IMG/VR virus record: IMGVR_UViG_3300045522_000058
Reading direction: 5' to 3' (one strand)
From: a virus
Length of the DNA stretch: 64,000 nucleotides
In this document: positions 19,676-28,882 of the stretch, in pieces
How the letters are laid out: every line of letters begins with the position of its first letter
Position numbering within the stretch: the first letter of the stretch is position 1
Program-made: the position numbers and the translations under genes
Notes under the pieces: generated by a model
Told to the model about the DNA's origin: nothing
The model's database searches: none
The model's input: only the letters and a program-made list of their open reading frames with translations

Positions 19676-19748
19676 AAAACACCTCTAAATAATGGTGTTT
19701 TCAAATATCGAAGCTGTCAACAAAATCGTTTAAATTAATCTGTTTATT

Positions 19749-20006
19749 TCAAGGTAAATGTTTAATGCGTCGACGAATGCAACGTCCCGTCACCCCACGG
19801 GCCAATAATATGCTACCCAATATAGCCAAAGGTACTGAAACAGGACTTGAGACTTTGAAACCATCTTTCAATAAAGTTGGTAACTTCTCAATCTCAATTA
19901 TCCCCCATCTGCTCTGCTGATCAGTGAGTATGTCAATGGCCAAACCACAAGTGTATGTAGGGGCGGCCATTAATATTAAGCCGAAAACAATGTAAAAACC
20001 TCTCAT
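19749..20006 (-). CDS. Small membrane protein
   Basis: GGAGG RBS; two hydrophobic segments. Confidence 0.55.
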   Translation of the reverse strand: MRGFYIVFGLILMAAPTYTCGLAIDILTDQQSRWGIIEIEKLPTLLKDGFKVSSPVSVPLAILGSILLARGVTGRCIRRRIKHLP

Positions 20007-20102
20007 CGGAGCCTCCCACAGTTGTATCTGTGAAACTCATGGCTCCGAGTGTAGGTTGTGTACGATAGCAAACAAAAGGAAAAAATTCGCCGATAGAAAC
20101 AT

Positions 20103-20486
20103 TCAGGGCGTGAATTGCGCCTCAGTTTCTTTTTCGAGGTCATTACGACCAAATAATGCACCATGAGTGGCGCAAGGGCCGCCTGTCTTAATCGTAACGT
20201 TTGCTACAGTGTCAATAACCCATCCATCTCCTAAAGGACGTGGGCGGAGTTCATTTTGAAGCCTTGTAAATTCTTCTGCATCTTCCAGATTCTTAAACTG
20301 TTTTGCAAGGTCGATGAAAGAGACACAAAGAGTAAATTCTTTGCCATTGAGTTCTCTGGTCTTGTTCCCGAGATAATAAACTTCTTTCTTTCCGCTGTTG
20401 TCGCTTGGAATTCCGTTCCAGTTATAAATCACGAAATTATCCTTGATTTCATCTAATATACTGTCTCTTAAATCAGTCCAACTCAT
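20103..20486 (-). CDS. Hypothetical protein
   Basis: GGAG RBS; 127 aa. Confidence 0.65.
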   Translation of the reverse strand: MSWTDLRDSILDEIKDNFVIYNWNGIPSDNSGKKEVYYLGNKTRELNGKEFTLCVSFIDLAKQFKNLEDAEEFTRLQNELRPRPLGDGWVIDTVANVTIKTGGPCATHGALFGRNDLEKETEAQFTP

Positions 20487-20709
20487 TTACTACTCCGCAG
20501 TTATAACTATTGAACATATTATTCAATAAACATTGCAAGTTGCAAAAGTGGTTGATGCTTGTTTGTCAGTGATATGGCTGAGGATGTTATTTGGTTGTAG
20601 AACGAAGTGCCTCATTTCGGACTTGATTTTGGCGCTTAATGCTTTATGAAATTGATGTGGAAATGATTCTGACGCTTATCGTCTTTTAACCGCAACTCAA
20701 CAGAGACTC

Positions 20710-21594
20710 ATGATCAAATTTCGTACCCAAGGTAGCTCGGCTAAAGCCAATGCTTCCAAAAAAGTGGTTGTCGAGGTCAAGCATCCTCGCAAGCTGAACA
20801 AGGCGAACTCTATTTGGGGAGGAATAGACTTAGCGAAGCACTCTCATGACGTGGAACAACATTTGCCCGTTGCAAGTGAGAAGGCTGTCGATCAGAAAAT
20901 CGAAGGTGGCATCAGCAATGAAAATTCGGTGAAAGATAAACAGCCAATTGTCCGAGTTCTTGAGGACAAGAAGCAGGTTGCTGAGATCGAGGCAGGAAAA
21001 CAGGCGGCGCTAAATTTTGATCCTGAGAGTGATCTTTTCATAGATGAGAAGGCTCATATGCAACGTAGTGACGCCTATATGCAACGACTGGATAGTCCTC
21101 GCTTATCGGCAGATAAAGAAGCCCCCCCCGCTGAAGTCGTTGGTTCACTGGAAACTGAGGTTCCGATAGAAGAGGAAGCGGGCGATCTTTCATTTGACGA
21201 TATTGCAGAGAAACAAGCTGTCGTAATTGATGAAGATCAATTCTATGGCACTGCTGATGCCAGTGAAAGTCATGGAGACATCGAATTCGATAGCGATGTA
21301 GAACCTGCTTTTGAGCATCTGCTACACTCACATAACAATGACGTTAGTCGCGAACCTGAAGCGTCGTTGGAAGTGAGTTCTACTGAGGATGCCGATGACG
21401 AAGAAGATTCGTCCCCGATAGTAGATAGCGTTGCATCCTATCGTTTACTTAAAGCTCTCCCTATCCGGTTCAGGAATCAGACAAAAACAAAGAAGATACC
21501 TGGAATTCGCTACGTGCGGAGGAATGGAGAACTTCAGGTCGCTCGTGGCGACAAATGGAAGGTGCCTAGGATTTTGAAATCCAATCGCAAGTAA
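20710..21594 (+). CDS. Hypothetical protein with acidic, probably disordered core and basic termini
   Basis: 294 aa with D/E-rich middle and K/R-rich ends. Confidence 0.7.
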   Translation: MIKFRTQGSSAKANASKKVVVEVKHPRKLNKANSIWGGIDLAKHSHDVEQHLPVASEKAVDQKIEGGISNENSVKDKQPIVRVLEDKKQVAEIEAGKQAALNFDPESDLFIDEKAHMQRSDAYMQRLDSPRLSADKEAPPAEVVGSLETEVPIEEEAGDLSFDDIAEKQAVVIDEDQFYGTADASESHGDIEFDSDVEPAFEHLLHSHNNDVSREPEASLEVSSTEDADDEEDSSPIVDSVASYRLLKALPIRFRNQTKTKKIPGIRYVRRNGELQVARGDKWKVPRILKSNRK

Positions 21595-21602
21595 TTTTTC
21601 TG

Positions 21603-21634
21603 ATTTGGCTGCCGAAATTCTTGGCAGCCAAAAT
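21603..21634. terminator. Bidirectional terminator
   Basis: TTTGGCTGCC / GGCAGCCAAA stem between convergent genes. Confidence 0.65.
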
Positions 21635-21635
21635 T

Positions 21636-22346
21636 TTAGAAAGTGATAGTATTGTTTGATGGATCGATACTGTCTTCCAGCTGTTTCATGATTCCAAGCG
21701 TGAACTTGATGTGCTGGGCTTGAATGATGATTAAAGACTTTACGTTCTCGTAGGCCAGACGTTGCTCTGTGAAGGTTCGGCGAGCTTTTTTAAGCATAGG
21801 AAGTGCGCAGTTCAGGGCCTCGATCAGGTATTCCTTCTGTTTATTAATTGTCCAGCCTGCTGTGTTCATGGTTAAAATATTGTGCGCGCGATCCAGTCCC
21901 TTTACAATTGATGCAATCGGATTTGTAGATAGGTTCTGATAATAAAGGAGCATCCTTGTTTCTTTCTCGTCTGGATCAATTATCTCTTCAGGAATTTTTT
22001 TAGTAAGCAGCCTCACTGCAGAACCTATATTCTTACCGAAATGCCCGTCTATTTGGTCAAATGTTACCGGGTAATCTTCGCAAATATCGTGAAGAAAAAT
22101 TGCAGCCAATGTTTCTTGTTTGAACATCAAGCCAGGCAGAATCGACATCGCATAATTAGCTATAAACATCTGGTGGGAAAATTCGGGGCTGATACCATCC
22201 TTTCGAGTGCCATTGTGAAATTCTTGGGCGAATTCGAAGGCTTTAAGCGCCAAATGGAATTCTTTTCCGTCTAGCCAGCTGCGCATTGTTGAAAGCTGTT
22301 TTTTATATTCTGTTTGTGGGACGGTGATCATAAATTTCTCCTTCAA
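21636..22346 (-). CDS. HD-domain hydrolase, Mesh1/SpoT (small alarmone hydrolase)-like
   Basis: AFEFAQEFHNGTRKDG, PEFSH, AAIFLHDICED, LLTK and VKGLDRAHN. Confidence 0.8.
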   Translation of the reverse strand: MKEKFMITVPQTEYKKQLSTMRSWLDGKEFHLALKAFEFAQEFHNGTRKDGISPEFSHQMFIANYAMSILPGLMFKQETLAAIFLHDICEDYPVTFDQIDGHFGKNIGSAVRLLTKKIPEEIIDPDEKETRMLLYYQNLSTNPIASIVKGLDRAHNILTMNTAGWTINKQKEYLIEALNCALPMLKKARRTFTEQRLAYENVKSLIIIQAQHIKFTLGIMKQLEDSIDPSNNTITF

Positions 22347-22385
22347 TTAATTCCGATTAATCCATGTCGGCATGTTAGCGACAAT

Positions 22386-22667
22386 CTAAGAAATCTGTTT
22401 TAATCTGTCTCTAATCTGGTGCCATATTTGAGAGTTCCATAGCCCATTTGCGGCTCCCGACGTTGACGGTAAAGCCCAGACTTCCGTGTTACCAATTTTT
22501 TCAGGCTGTTCACCAGTTATGCCGATCTCATACATAATTTTCCAAAAGCGGTTCCCTCGCCCCGCATAATAGGCAGCGCGCTCGGCGGATGCGTTTCCAG
22601 CCGCTGTCCCGCAGATGACGAGTTTTAAATCAGTTCTGATTAGATCAATTAGGATGTCTGGTTTCAT
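22386..22667 (-). pseudogene. Internally deleted mismatch-specific uracil-DNA glycosylase (MUG family)
   Basis: ICGTAAG..SA..AAYYAGRGNRFW is joined directly to GEQPE..VWALPSTSGA. The central part of the fold is missing (93 aa). Confidence 0.65.
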
Positions 22668-22701
22668 GGTGAGGATTTTAAGCTGAAAGCGGTAGTAAAA
22701 G

Positions 22702-23355
22702 CTATAGTTTTGGCATGCCTTGCTTGCTTAATTCACCATGTATTCTGCAAAAAGATTTAAAGTCGCTATCTGTTCTAATCATCCGAAGATATTCAGGTTC
22801 GAGTTTTTCATCATGCATCACTATTATGGCTCCAAGATCGGTTAGAGATTGCTCCCAGTTTAGCGCGCGATGGTTGTTGATCCAATTATCGTAAACAATA
22901 GTGTCGTCCAGTTTGGTTAACCCATTAAGAGGAAAATCAAGTGTCGCCAAATCTGGCCGTAAATCGAAATCATGTTCCAATTCATTGGTATATGCCATCA
23001 ACAGAACAGGAGTTCCAGTAAGATCGCGTTCGGCAATAGTGTCCTCTGCATAAGCGGAGGCGGTGAATACATTGCCCCAGAAGCTTCCTGTATCATGAAG
23101 ACCTCCATCTGATATAGCGTGAACGACATCCGTAGGATTCATGCCGTTTATCATGATGTCTTTGGCGCGGGCTAGCGATGTGCCATGAAACACGATCTCG
23201 TGTGAAAGATTGTTGTCCTCAACCCACTTTGCAATTGAGTGCACAAGGGCTATCCATTCAGTTCTCTTGGTGTCATTTAAAAATGAGTAACCTATTATTT
23301 CCCGTTGGTTTGGCTCAACTTTGTTCATAATGTCTCCCTCCGCTTTCGCGGTCAT
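22702..23355 (-). CDS. ADP-ribosyltransferase-fold protein, putative
   Basis: VFHGTS...IMINGM...GSFWG...ASAYA...PVLL. Confidence 0.5.
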   Translation of the reverse strand: MTAKAEGDIMNKVEPNQREIIGYSFLNDTKRTEWIALVHSIAKWVEDNNLSHEIVFHGTSLARAKDIMINGMNPTDVVHAISDGGLHDTGSFWGNVFTASAYAEDTIAERDLTGTPVLLMAYTNELEHDFDLRPDLATLDFPLNGLTKLDDTIVYDNWINNHRALNWEQSLTDLGAIIVMHDEKLEPEYLRMIRTDSDFKSFCRIHGELSKQGMPKL

Positions 23356-23450
23356 CTTACTGATCCAAAAGAATGAATTATGTTCTATTTATAGCGCAAA
23401 TCTGCTGTCGGCGGAAACGGGTAACTACGGGAGAAGGATGATGAAAAAGG

Positions 23451-23515
23451 GCTTTGTCATTCAAATTTAAGTTTTTGGATTATTGAATGACAAAGCGATA
23501 AAAATCAACTACTTA
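23451..23515. repeat. 14-bp inverted repeat with adjacent IHF-consensus site
   Basis: GCTTTGTCATTCAA-N18-TTGAATGACAAAGC (23451-23496); AATCAACTACTTA (23503-23515) fits WATCAANNNNTTR. Confidence 0.6.
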
Positions 23516-23769
23516 ATTGAGGGCGACGCTTAGGGTCGTACGACTTCGCAGCGAAGCTGATTTGATCCAGATTCGAACCTGCGTCTATCGCCCATGCGCA
23601 TATTTTTGTGACGCGGGCAGCCGCCTGCCTTATGAGGTTTGCAAAGCAAGCAACCGCTACGAGATACCTTTGGGCGTTTTCTTTTGTGATGCATTGTAAT
23701 CTCCGATTTTAATCGGTGCGCCCCTATGGCGCACGCTTATGATCGGAAAGGAAAGTACGAATTTTAAAC

Positions 23770-23970
23770 TCATGTATTATCTTCTACGTATTTTTTGGCA
23801 CTCGCCTCTGTTTCATGAAGTGTCGTTTCTTTGCCGGGAATATTGGTAGCAAAGGGCCTTTCTTGCGAGAGGTATGAATGCTCTTCATATCTCCCGAGAT
23901 GGCCAGATGTGGAATCTCTATACTCCATTTCAACTCGTAAAAGGCTTTTATCAATCCATGCTTTGGCCAT
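23770..23970 (-). CDS. Small hypothetical protein
   Basis: AGGAG RBS before MAKAWID. Confidence 0.6.
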   Translation of the reverse strand: MAKAWIDKSLLRVEMEYRDSTSGHLGRYEEHSYLSQERPFATNIPGKETTLHETEASAKKYVEDNT

Positions 23971-24090
23971 ATTTACTCCTAATAAAGGGACGCAGGTGAA
24001 TTTAAATAGACGAAAATCAATAAACAATTATATAAGCCATTGTCTTTAATTGCAATAAATCGTATTGCTCTTCAAAAGAAGGATTTTTAT

Positions 24091-24678
24091 ATGACAGATA
24101 AACAATTGCCTGAAGAAAAATTGGTTAAATTACCTCGCAATATCAGACATTGGGCGAAATCACGTGGGTTGATCATCGTGGAGGACCACTTTCCTGGTGG
24201 ATTCTATATGCGCTCCAAAAAGAAAGAATTCACAAAGGGTACGAATGAAAGTCAGCGTTATTTCCGTATTCTTGGGCATATCAATTATTTTCAGATTTGC
24301 GATGGCTCGTTTGATCGCTGGGCGAATTCTGTCGGATATACCCTTCCAATCCCAATGACACGCAAAGAGTTCGACAAGGCGCTGGATGATCTCGTGACTA
24401 AAGCCGATGTCTACCCATTCAGCGCAGATATTGTAAACGCGGATTGTGAGCGCAGGGTGCGATGGGCAAATGAAAGTCTCCAATTCTTTGAAGAGCGATG
24501 GGATTGGATTTTGGCCTGGGCAAACAAGCATGGCCGTCATGGCAAGTTCGTTCGGTCTATTGTTTGTCGTCACAAAGCGGAGGTCCAAAAGAGGAATTCG
24601 ATCATTCGTTCGGAAGCGCGTCATCGCGATTATAAACTTGCTGAACTCGCAGCACTGAAGGTCCAACAGGGGGCGTAA
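24091..24678 (+). CDS. Hypothetical protein
   Basis: AAGGA RBS before MTDKQ; FQICDG..FDRWANS motif. Confidence 0.7.
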   Translation: MTDKQLPEEKLVKLPRNIRHWAKSRGLIIVEDHFPGGFYMRSKKKEFTKGTNESQRYFRILGHINYFQICDGSFDRWANSVGYTLPIPMTRKEFDKALDDLVTKADVYPFSADIVNADCERRVRWANESLQFFEERWDWILAWANKHGRHGKFVRSIVCRHKAEVQKRNSIIRSEARHRDYKLAELAALKVQQGA

Positions 24679-24679
24679 T

Positions 24680-25036
24680 GTGAAATCAGGAGACATCTAT
24701 CTCTACAGCAACAAAGGCAAGGCCTACCCGACCTCGGGTAGGCCTGTTGGTTGCGCGTTAATCGTTGAGGGCATCAAAGAGGATGTTTCAGGTCAACCGC
24801 TCTGGGTTTCGGTTCGCAATGCACACAATCTGACGACTTATCGGGTTTATCGTGACCAACTTGTTCCTGTGCCTGCTGATGAAGACCTTAACAGCGTTCT
24901 CATCAGTCAGTTCGTCGATGCTATCGGGGAAGGTGGTCGCGATCACTTCGACAGCATTCTGAAGTCTTATCGCGATCTGGTAGCCGAAGGTCGTATTTCA
25001 GAAATAAACGAGGATCGTATTGTGAGAGCGAGCTAA
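24680..25036 (+). CDS. Hypothetical protein
   Basis: GTG start immediately after the upstream stop. Confidence 0.65.
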   Translation: MKSGDIYLYSNKGKAYPTSGRPVGCALIVEGIKEDVSGQPLWVSVRNAHNLTTYRVYRDQLVPVPADEDLNSVLISQFVDAIGEGGRDHFDSILKSYRDLVAEGRISEINEDRIVRAS

Positions 25037-25092
25037 TACTCACGCTAATAAAACGGAAAAATAATACCGCCCTTCTACGATGTAGAGGGCGG

Positions 25093-25460
25093 TCAGGGAT
25101 ATAAAATATCCGTAATTATTCGTCCATGCCTACGACCTTCAGTCGGTTAGCTGCACTTAGCAACCATCACAAATTCATCGTAACAAATTGTGAGGCATTT
25201 CTGCCGTCGGATCTTAAGGCCAAAGGCCCTAGTGCGTTTCCCTAACATCGATATTAAGGTCCACACGGAGGTTTCATAGGCGTGTACTCATATACATGAT
25301 AATTGTAGATCACGGTGCCGAACAAATCAATATGGAATGCCTGAGTATAGCCTTAAGCGTAACCATAAAAGCCATAAACGGTCCTTTAAAGGGTGCCTAT
25401 CGCTAATTGGTAGCGGAAGGCAGTATTCCCGAAATAAAGAGGATCGCATTGTGAGAGTGG
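25093..25460 (+). pseudogene. Decayed tandem copy of gene 24680-25036
   Basis: TATCGCTAATTGGTAGCGGAAGGCAGTATTCCCGAAATAAAGAGGATCGCATTGTGAGAG aligns with the gene's 3' end TATCGCGATCTGGTAGCCGAAGGTCGTATTTCAGAAATAAACGAGGATCGTATTGTGAGAG. Weaker 5' similarity around GCCTAC..GACCT. Confidence 0.55.
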
Positions 25461-25542
25461 TTCCTGCACTTAAGCCATAAATATTGGAATCTGAGACTCG
25501 TCGCCAATTTGACAATATCAGTTTATTCGTTGATATTTAAAG

Positions 25543-25690
25543 TATGGGATGAAGAGCGGTTGAGTGTGAAAACACAATATCTACCCCAGCTACCAGTGAT
25601 TTAACAGGTTCGTTCGTGACGAGTAAAGCGACTACACCGTGCGTTCCACATTGATGGAACCGATACAGCTCCTGCGGGGGCTGTTTTCGT
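25543..25690 (+). ncRNA. Candidate small RNA
   Basis: TTGACA at 25509, no ORF, hairpins GTGT-GAAA-ACAC and GTTCCA-N6-TGGAAC, and terminator ACAGCTCC-TGCG-GGGGCTGT-TTT. Confidence 0.45.
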
Positions 25691-25783
25691 TTTAACCACA
25701 TTAATAATTGAAAAATAATATTATCGCTTGTGATTTCATGTTTGATCAGCTAACTAGAAGTTTAGAAGGATATATATTTCAAA

Positions 25784-26608
25784 ATGAGGTTTTGGATTTT
25801 TTCGGATTTGCATCTTGAGGTGCAAAAGATCAGTTTTCCGTCTGTCGCCCCTGCGGGAGTAGATGCGATTTTATGTGCAGGCGACTTATGCCAGTCACAT
25901 CAGCTTGCATATTGGGCTGAGAAGATCATTTCGAAATACAATCTGCCTCTGATCCTTGTTCCTGGAAATCATGAGTTCTTTGAAGGGCAAAACGACGAGG
26001 CAAGGTCTTTGCAGTCTAAGCGAGAAACTATGCAATTGCTCGCCACTGCAAGCCGTCACTGGCCTCAGTGCTTGACGGTAATTGACGACAGTGCGGTCAT
26101 GATTGGCGATGTGCAGGTTCTTGGCGGTACGCTATGGACGGACTTCAATTTGGATGCAGTTTCTGAGCGTGACATCGCGTGGCGTATGAATGAAGCCATC
26201 TCTATGGCCCCAGATTTCTCTAATATCTATACGTCTAAAGGGAGGTACCTGACGCCGCAGTCAGTGCTTATGATGCACCGGAAAACACGGGCATTCATTC
26301 GTGAGCAGCTTGAGCTATCACCCATTCGTAAAAAGTTGGTAGTTTCTCATCATTTGCCGCATTCAGATTGCGTTCCAAAAGCCTACGTAGGCAGTAAATC
26401 AAATTTCCTTTATGCAAGCAGTGCAGAGGCATTCGGTGATGTCTTTCATTCAGACAATGCACCTGCCATTTGGGTGTGTGGCCATACACATCAGAAGATC
26501 GACGTGACAGTAGGCGGAACGAGGATTATCGGAAACCCGAAGGGCTATCAGGTCGATAGCTACGAACGCGAAAACGGATTCCGTTGGGATTTTGTCATAG
26601 ATGTCTGA
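25784..26608 (+). CDS. Calcineurin-like metallophosphoesterase
   Basis: SDLH, AGD, PGNHE, HHLP, GHTH and GNPKGY motifs. Confidence 0.9.
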   Translation: MRFWIFSDLHLEVQKISFPSVAPAGVDAILCAGDLCQSHQLAYWAEKIISKYNLPLILVPGNHEFFEGQNDEARSLQSKRETMQLLATASRHWPQCLTVIDDSAVMIGDVQVLGGTLWTDFNLDAVSERDIAWRMNEAISMAPDFSNIYTSKGRYLTPQSVLMMHRKTRAFIREQLELSPIRKKLVVSHHLPHSDCVPKAYVGSKSNFLYASSAEAFGDVFHSDNAPAIWVCGHTHQKIDVTVGGTRIIGNPKGYQVDSYERENGFRWDFVIDV

Positions 26609-26786
26609 TTGAAGGCTGTATGGCTAGCAATTTTATTGGTAACTTAGCCTGCATAACGCCGTTTGAATTCAGAATACCTGTGCAGGATAAGTGAATATTT
26701 TCAATTGCCTATATTGAAATGATGAGAAAAAGGGTTGGAACAGCAACCATGCGATGATGGCTGCTGTTCTCATCTCAATCTGCAGG

Positions 26787-27137
26787 CTATGGTCTAGGAC
26801 TATCGCTTCTAGTCGTGAATTCCGCAAGCACGTCAAACTGCTTTTCTGCGTATTCGTGCGGCCACCATTTTGGAGGCCAAGCCGCATTTTGCGTGTTTTG
26901 AAAGGCGGTATTCAATCCCATACCTTGTAGCATCCCGTATTCGTCCATTCGCACGCGATTTGGTTCTACAGTCGCTAGCAAAGCAATTTGACTAGCATTC
27001 TCCAGATGCACTCGAACGGTCTTTTCAGAGACGAATACGCTGACTTCTGCTGAGCCATAATCAATGGTCAGCAGTCCCTTCTCATTTTCAGTGAAGCCGT
27101 GTTCAAGAAGCCAGTTTCTAATATCATTAGCAAGCAT
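26787..27137 (-). CDS. Hypothetical protein
   Basis: GGAG RBS; ends SPRP. Confidence 0.65.
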   Translation of the reverse strand: MLANDIRNWLLEHGFTENEKGLLTIDYGSAEVSVFVSEKTVRVHLENASQIALLATVEPNRVRMDEYGMLQGMGLNTAFQNTQNAAWPPKWWPHEYAEKQFDVLAEFTTRSDSPRP

Positions 27138-27167
27138 GATTCATCTCCAAATTATTGATAAATGGTC

Positions 27168-27842
27168 TTAAAATCTCAGTTGGGTGTCGAGGATATCATC
27201 ATTCAGTTTGTCGTGTTCCCAATTAGCTAACACGTCCTTGTGTGAGATTGCCAGCTTGTTACACAGATTTGTCAGCACGATGCCGAGCTTATTCTGGCCT
27301 TTCCATTGGCTGCGATCTTTGGCACGTGCATCGTTTGCGGAAAGGCCAATACCCCAGATTTTGTCATAAGGGGATGCTTCAACGAATGTGGTCCCCTCAC
27401 CTGCAAGAAGGATTTTCAAGAGATCCATGTTTTGGGTGAACTTTGCGTAATTGCCCTTTTCCACGATTTCCATATCGTGTTGGTTCCAGACGTCTTCGTT
27501 GAATTGTTTGACATCACGACCAAGTGCTTTCTGCTTTTTGGGAGACTTTTCCTCCAGAATGAGGATTTCAGTAGCGCGGTCATTAAATAACCTGGCCTTT
27601 TCAGCCATCATCCATTGCTCATTACAATTATATTCGATGCCATCGATAATGAATTTGCGCATATGCCATTGACTTAGCGGGCCTTGCCAGAAAAATGTGA
27701 ATTTCTCTTCAGATGAGGTTGCAACCTGTTTCGACGGTACAGCTGATGATTTGCTTGGCTGAATAATGTTCGGTTTCGCTATGATAGGGCGCGTGAAACC
27801 TCTGACGTTTGAATTTGTGACCATTGCTTGGACTCCTTTCAA
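27168..27842 (-). CDS. NADAR family (YbiA-like) N-glycosidase
   Basis: LSQWH, EQWMMAEKARLF, KALGR.V, VEASPYDKIWGIG and GQNKLG. Confidence 0.9.
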   Translation of the reverse strand: MKGVQAMVTNSNVRGFTRPIIAKPNIIQPSKSSAVPSKQVATSSEEKFTFFWQGPLSQWHMRKFIIDGIEYNCNEQWMMAEKARLFNDRATEILILEEKSPKKQKALGRDVKQFNEDVWNQHDMEIVEKGNYAKFTQNMDLLKILLAGEGTTFVEASPYDKIWGIGLSANDARAKDRSQWKGQNKLGIVLTNLCNKLAISHKDVLANWEHDKLNDDILDTQLRF

Positions 27843-27932
27843 ACATATTAAAGAGAATAGATGCGTAAATCCATAAGATATTCGTCAACTCTTGTATCAT
27901 GCATGCCGAAATTGTCTATTTATATTGAATAA

Positions 27933-28874
27933 ATGGAGAATATGATGAGCGCAGATTTTCTGTCGAAATCAGTTGTACGCGATGATGATGACAAGCTGTT
28001 GATGATGTTTCGGGGTGATTATCGCGCAGACGTACTTCATAACGGCTTTAAGGTGATTGAAATCGAAAATGATGGCAGTGGAGGCTTGTATTTTACTGAC
28101 AATGCCGAGATCGCGTCAAATTATGCTAGGACTAAAAACTATGCAGATGAGAACGCTTGTGAGCCATGGCGTTTTATAAATGTGACGATCAACGACGGCG
28201 CTCGTGAAAAAGTTGTGCCGCTTGGAAAGTCCAATCTTTGGCTTAGCCACGCGAAAAAAGCAGAACTAAAAAGACAAATTCTTCTGATGTCTGATGCCGG
28301 AAATGGTTACGAGCCAAATGGAGAAGATCCTGTGATCGGTGAGTCCACCTTTAATGATTATCTGCAAAGAAATAATAAGGATTACGCCAAAACGGTTATT
28401 GGTCTCTTCGGTGAAAGTGGCATGATCATGGATGGAGAAGAGTTTGCGCAGACCATTGCTTCTCTGGGCGTGTTTGAAAAAGTCGAATATGTCGATCCGT
28501 ACCGCCAGCAATCCATTGTTACCCCTGTGTATCTGGATATCGAGAACCCTCTTCGCACCGATGCCTATCCTGCAGATTTTTTTGAAAGAATGTCCAGATT
28601 GGTGAGTTCGGATGACGAGACATTGACTCATCTGAAGTCATCTCAGGGTGAAATGATGGAGACAGTTGTAAACTTAACACCTGAGTTCAGAAATGCACTG
28701 ATCGAAATGGGGTATGACGGCGTTATGGATGTCGGAGGGCGCGTGACTGGCGGGGATTCTCATACAGTTTATATCGCCTTCTCTCCAGATCAGATACGCC
28801 CTGCCTATGGCAAGGAAGCGGTAGAATATCGTCAATCGTTGAGTGTTGAATTAGCGTCGAAGATGGGCGCTTAG
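27933..28874 (+). CDS. ADP-ribosyltransferase-fold protein (ART-PolyVal-like)
   Basis: MFRG...GLYFTDN..IASNYA...PVYLDIENP...GYDGV...YIAFSPDQI. Confidence 0.65.
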   Translation: MENMMSADFLSKSVVRDDDDKLLMMFRGDYRADVLHNGFKVIEIENDGSGGLYFTDNAEIASNYARTKNYADENACEPWRFINVTINDGAREKVVPLGKSNLWLSHAKKAELKRQILLMSDAGNGYEPNGEDPVIGESTFNDYLQRNNKDYAKTVIGLFGESGMIMDGEEFAQTIASLGVFEKVEYVDPYRQQSIVTPVYLDIENPLRTDAYPADFFERMSRLVSSDDETLTHLKSSQGEMMETVVNLTPEFRNALIEMGYDGVMDVGGRVTGGDSHTVYIAFSPDQIRPAYGKEAVEYRQSLSVELASKMGA

Positions 28875-28882
28875 GAGGTTGA

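Noticed and set aside
24960-25460. DGR template/variable repeat pair
   Set aside because: Mismatches are not confined to adenines, there is an indel, and no reverse transcriptase is in the window. A decayed duplication fits better.
25594-25625. SAM-II riboswitch suggested by GTGATTTAAC
   Set aside because: The downstream TTGCAAG and GCTAAA elements are missing, and no methionine gene follows.
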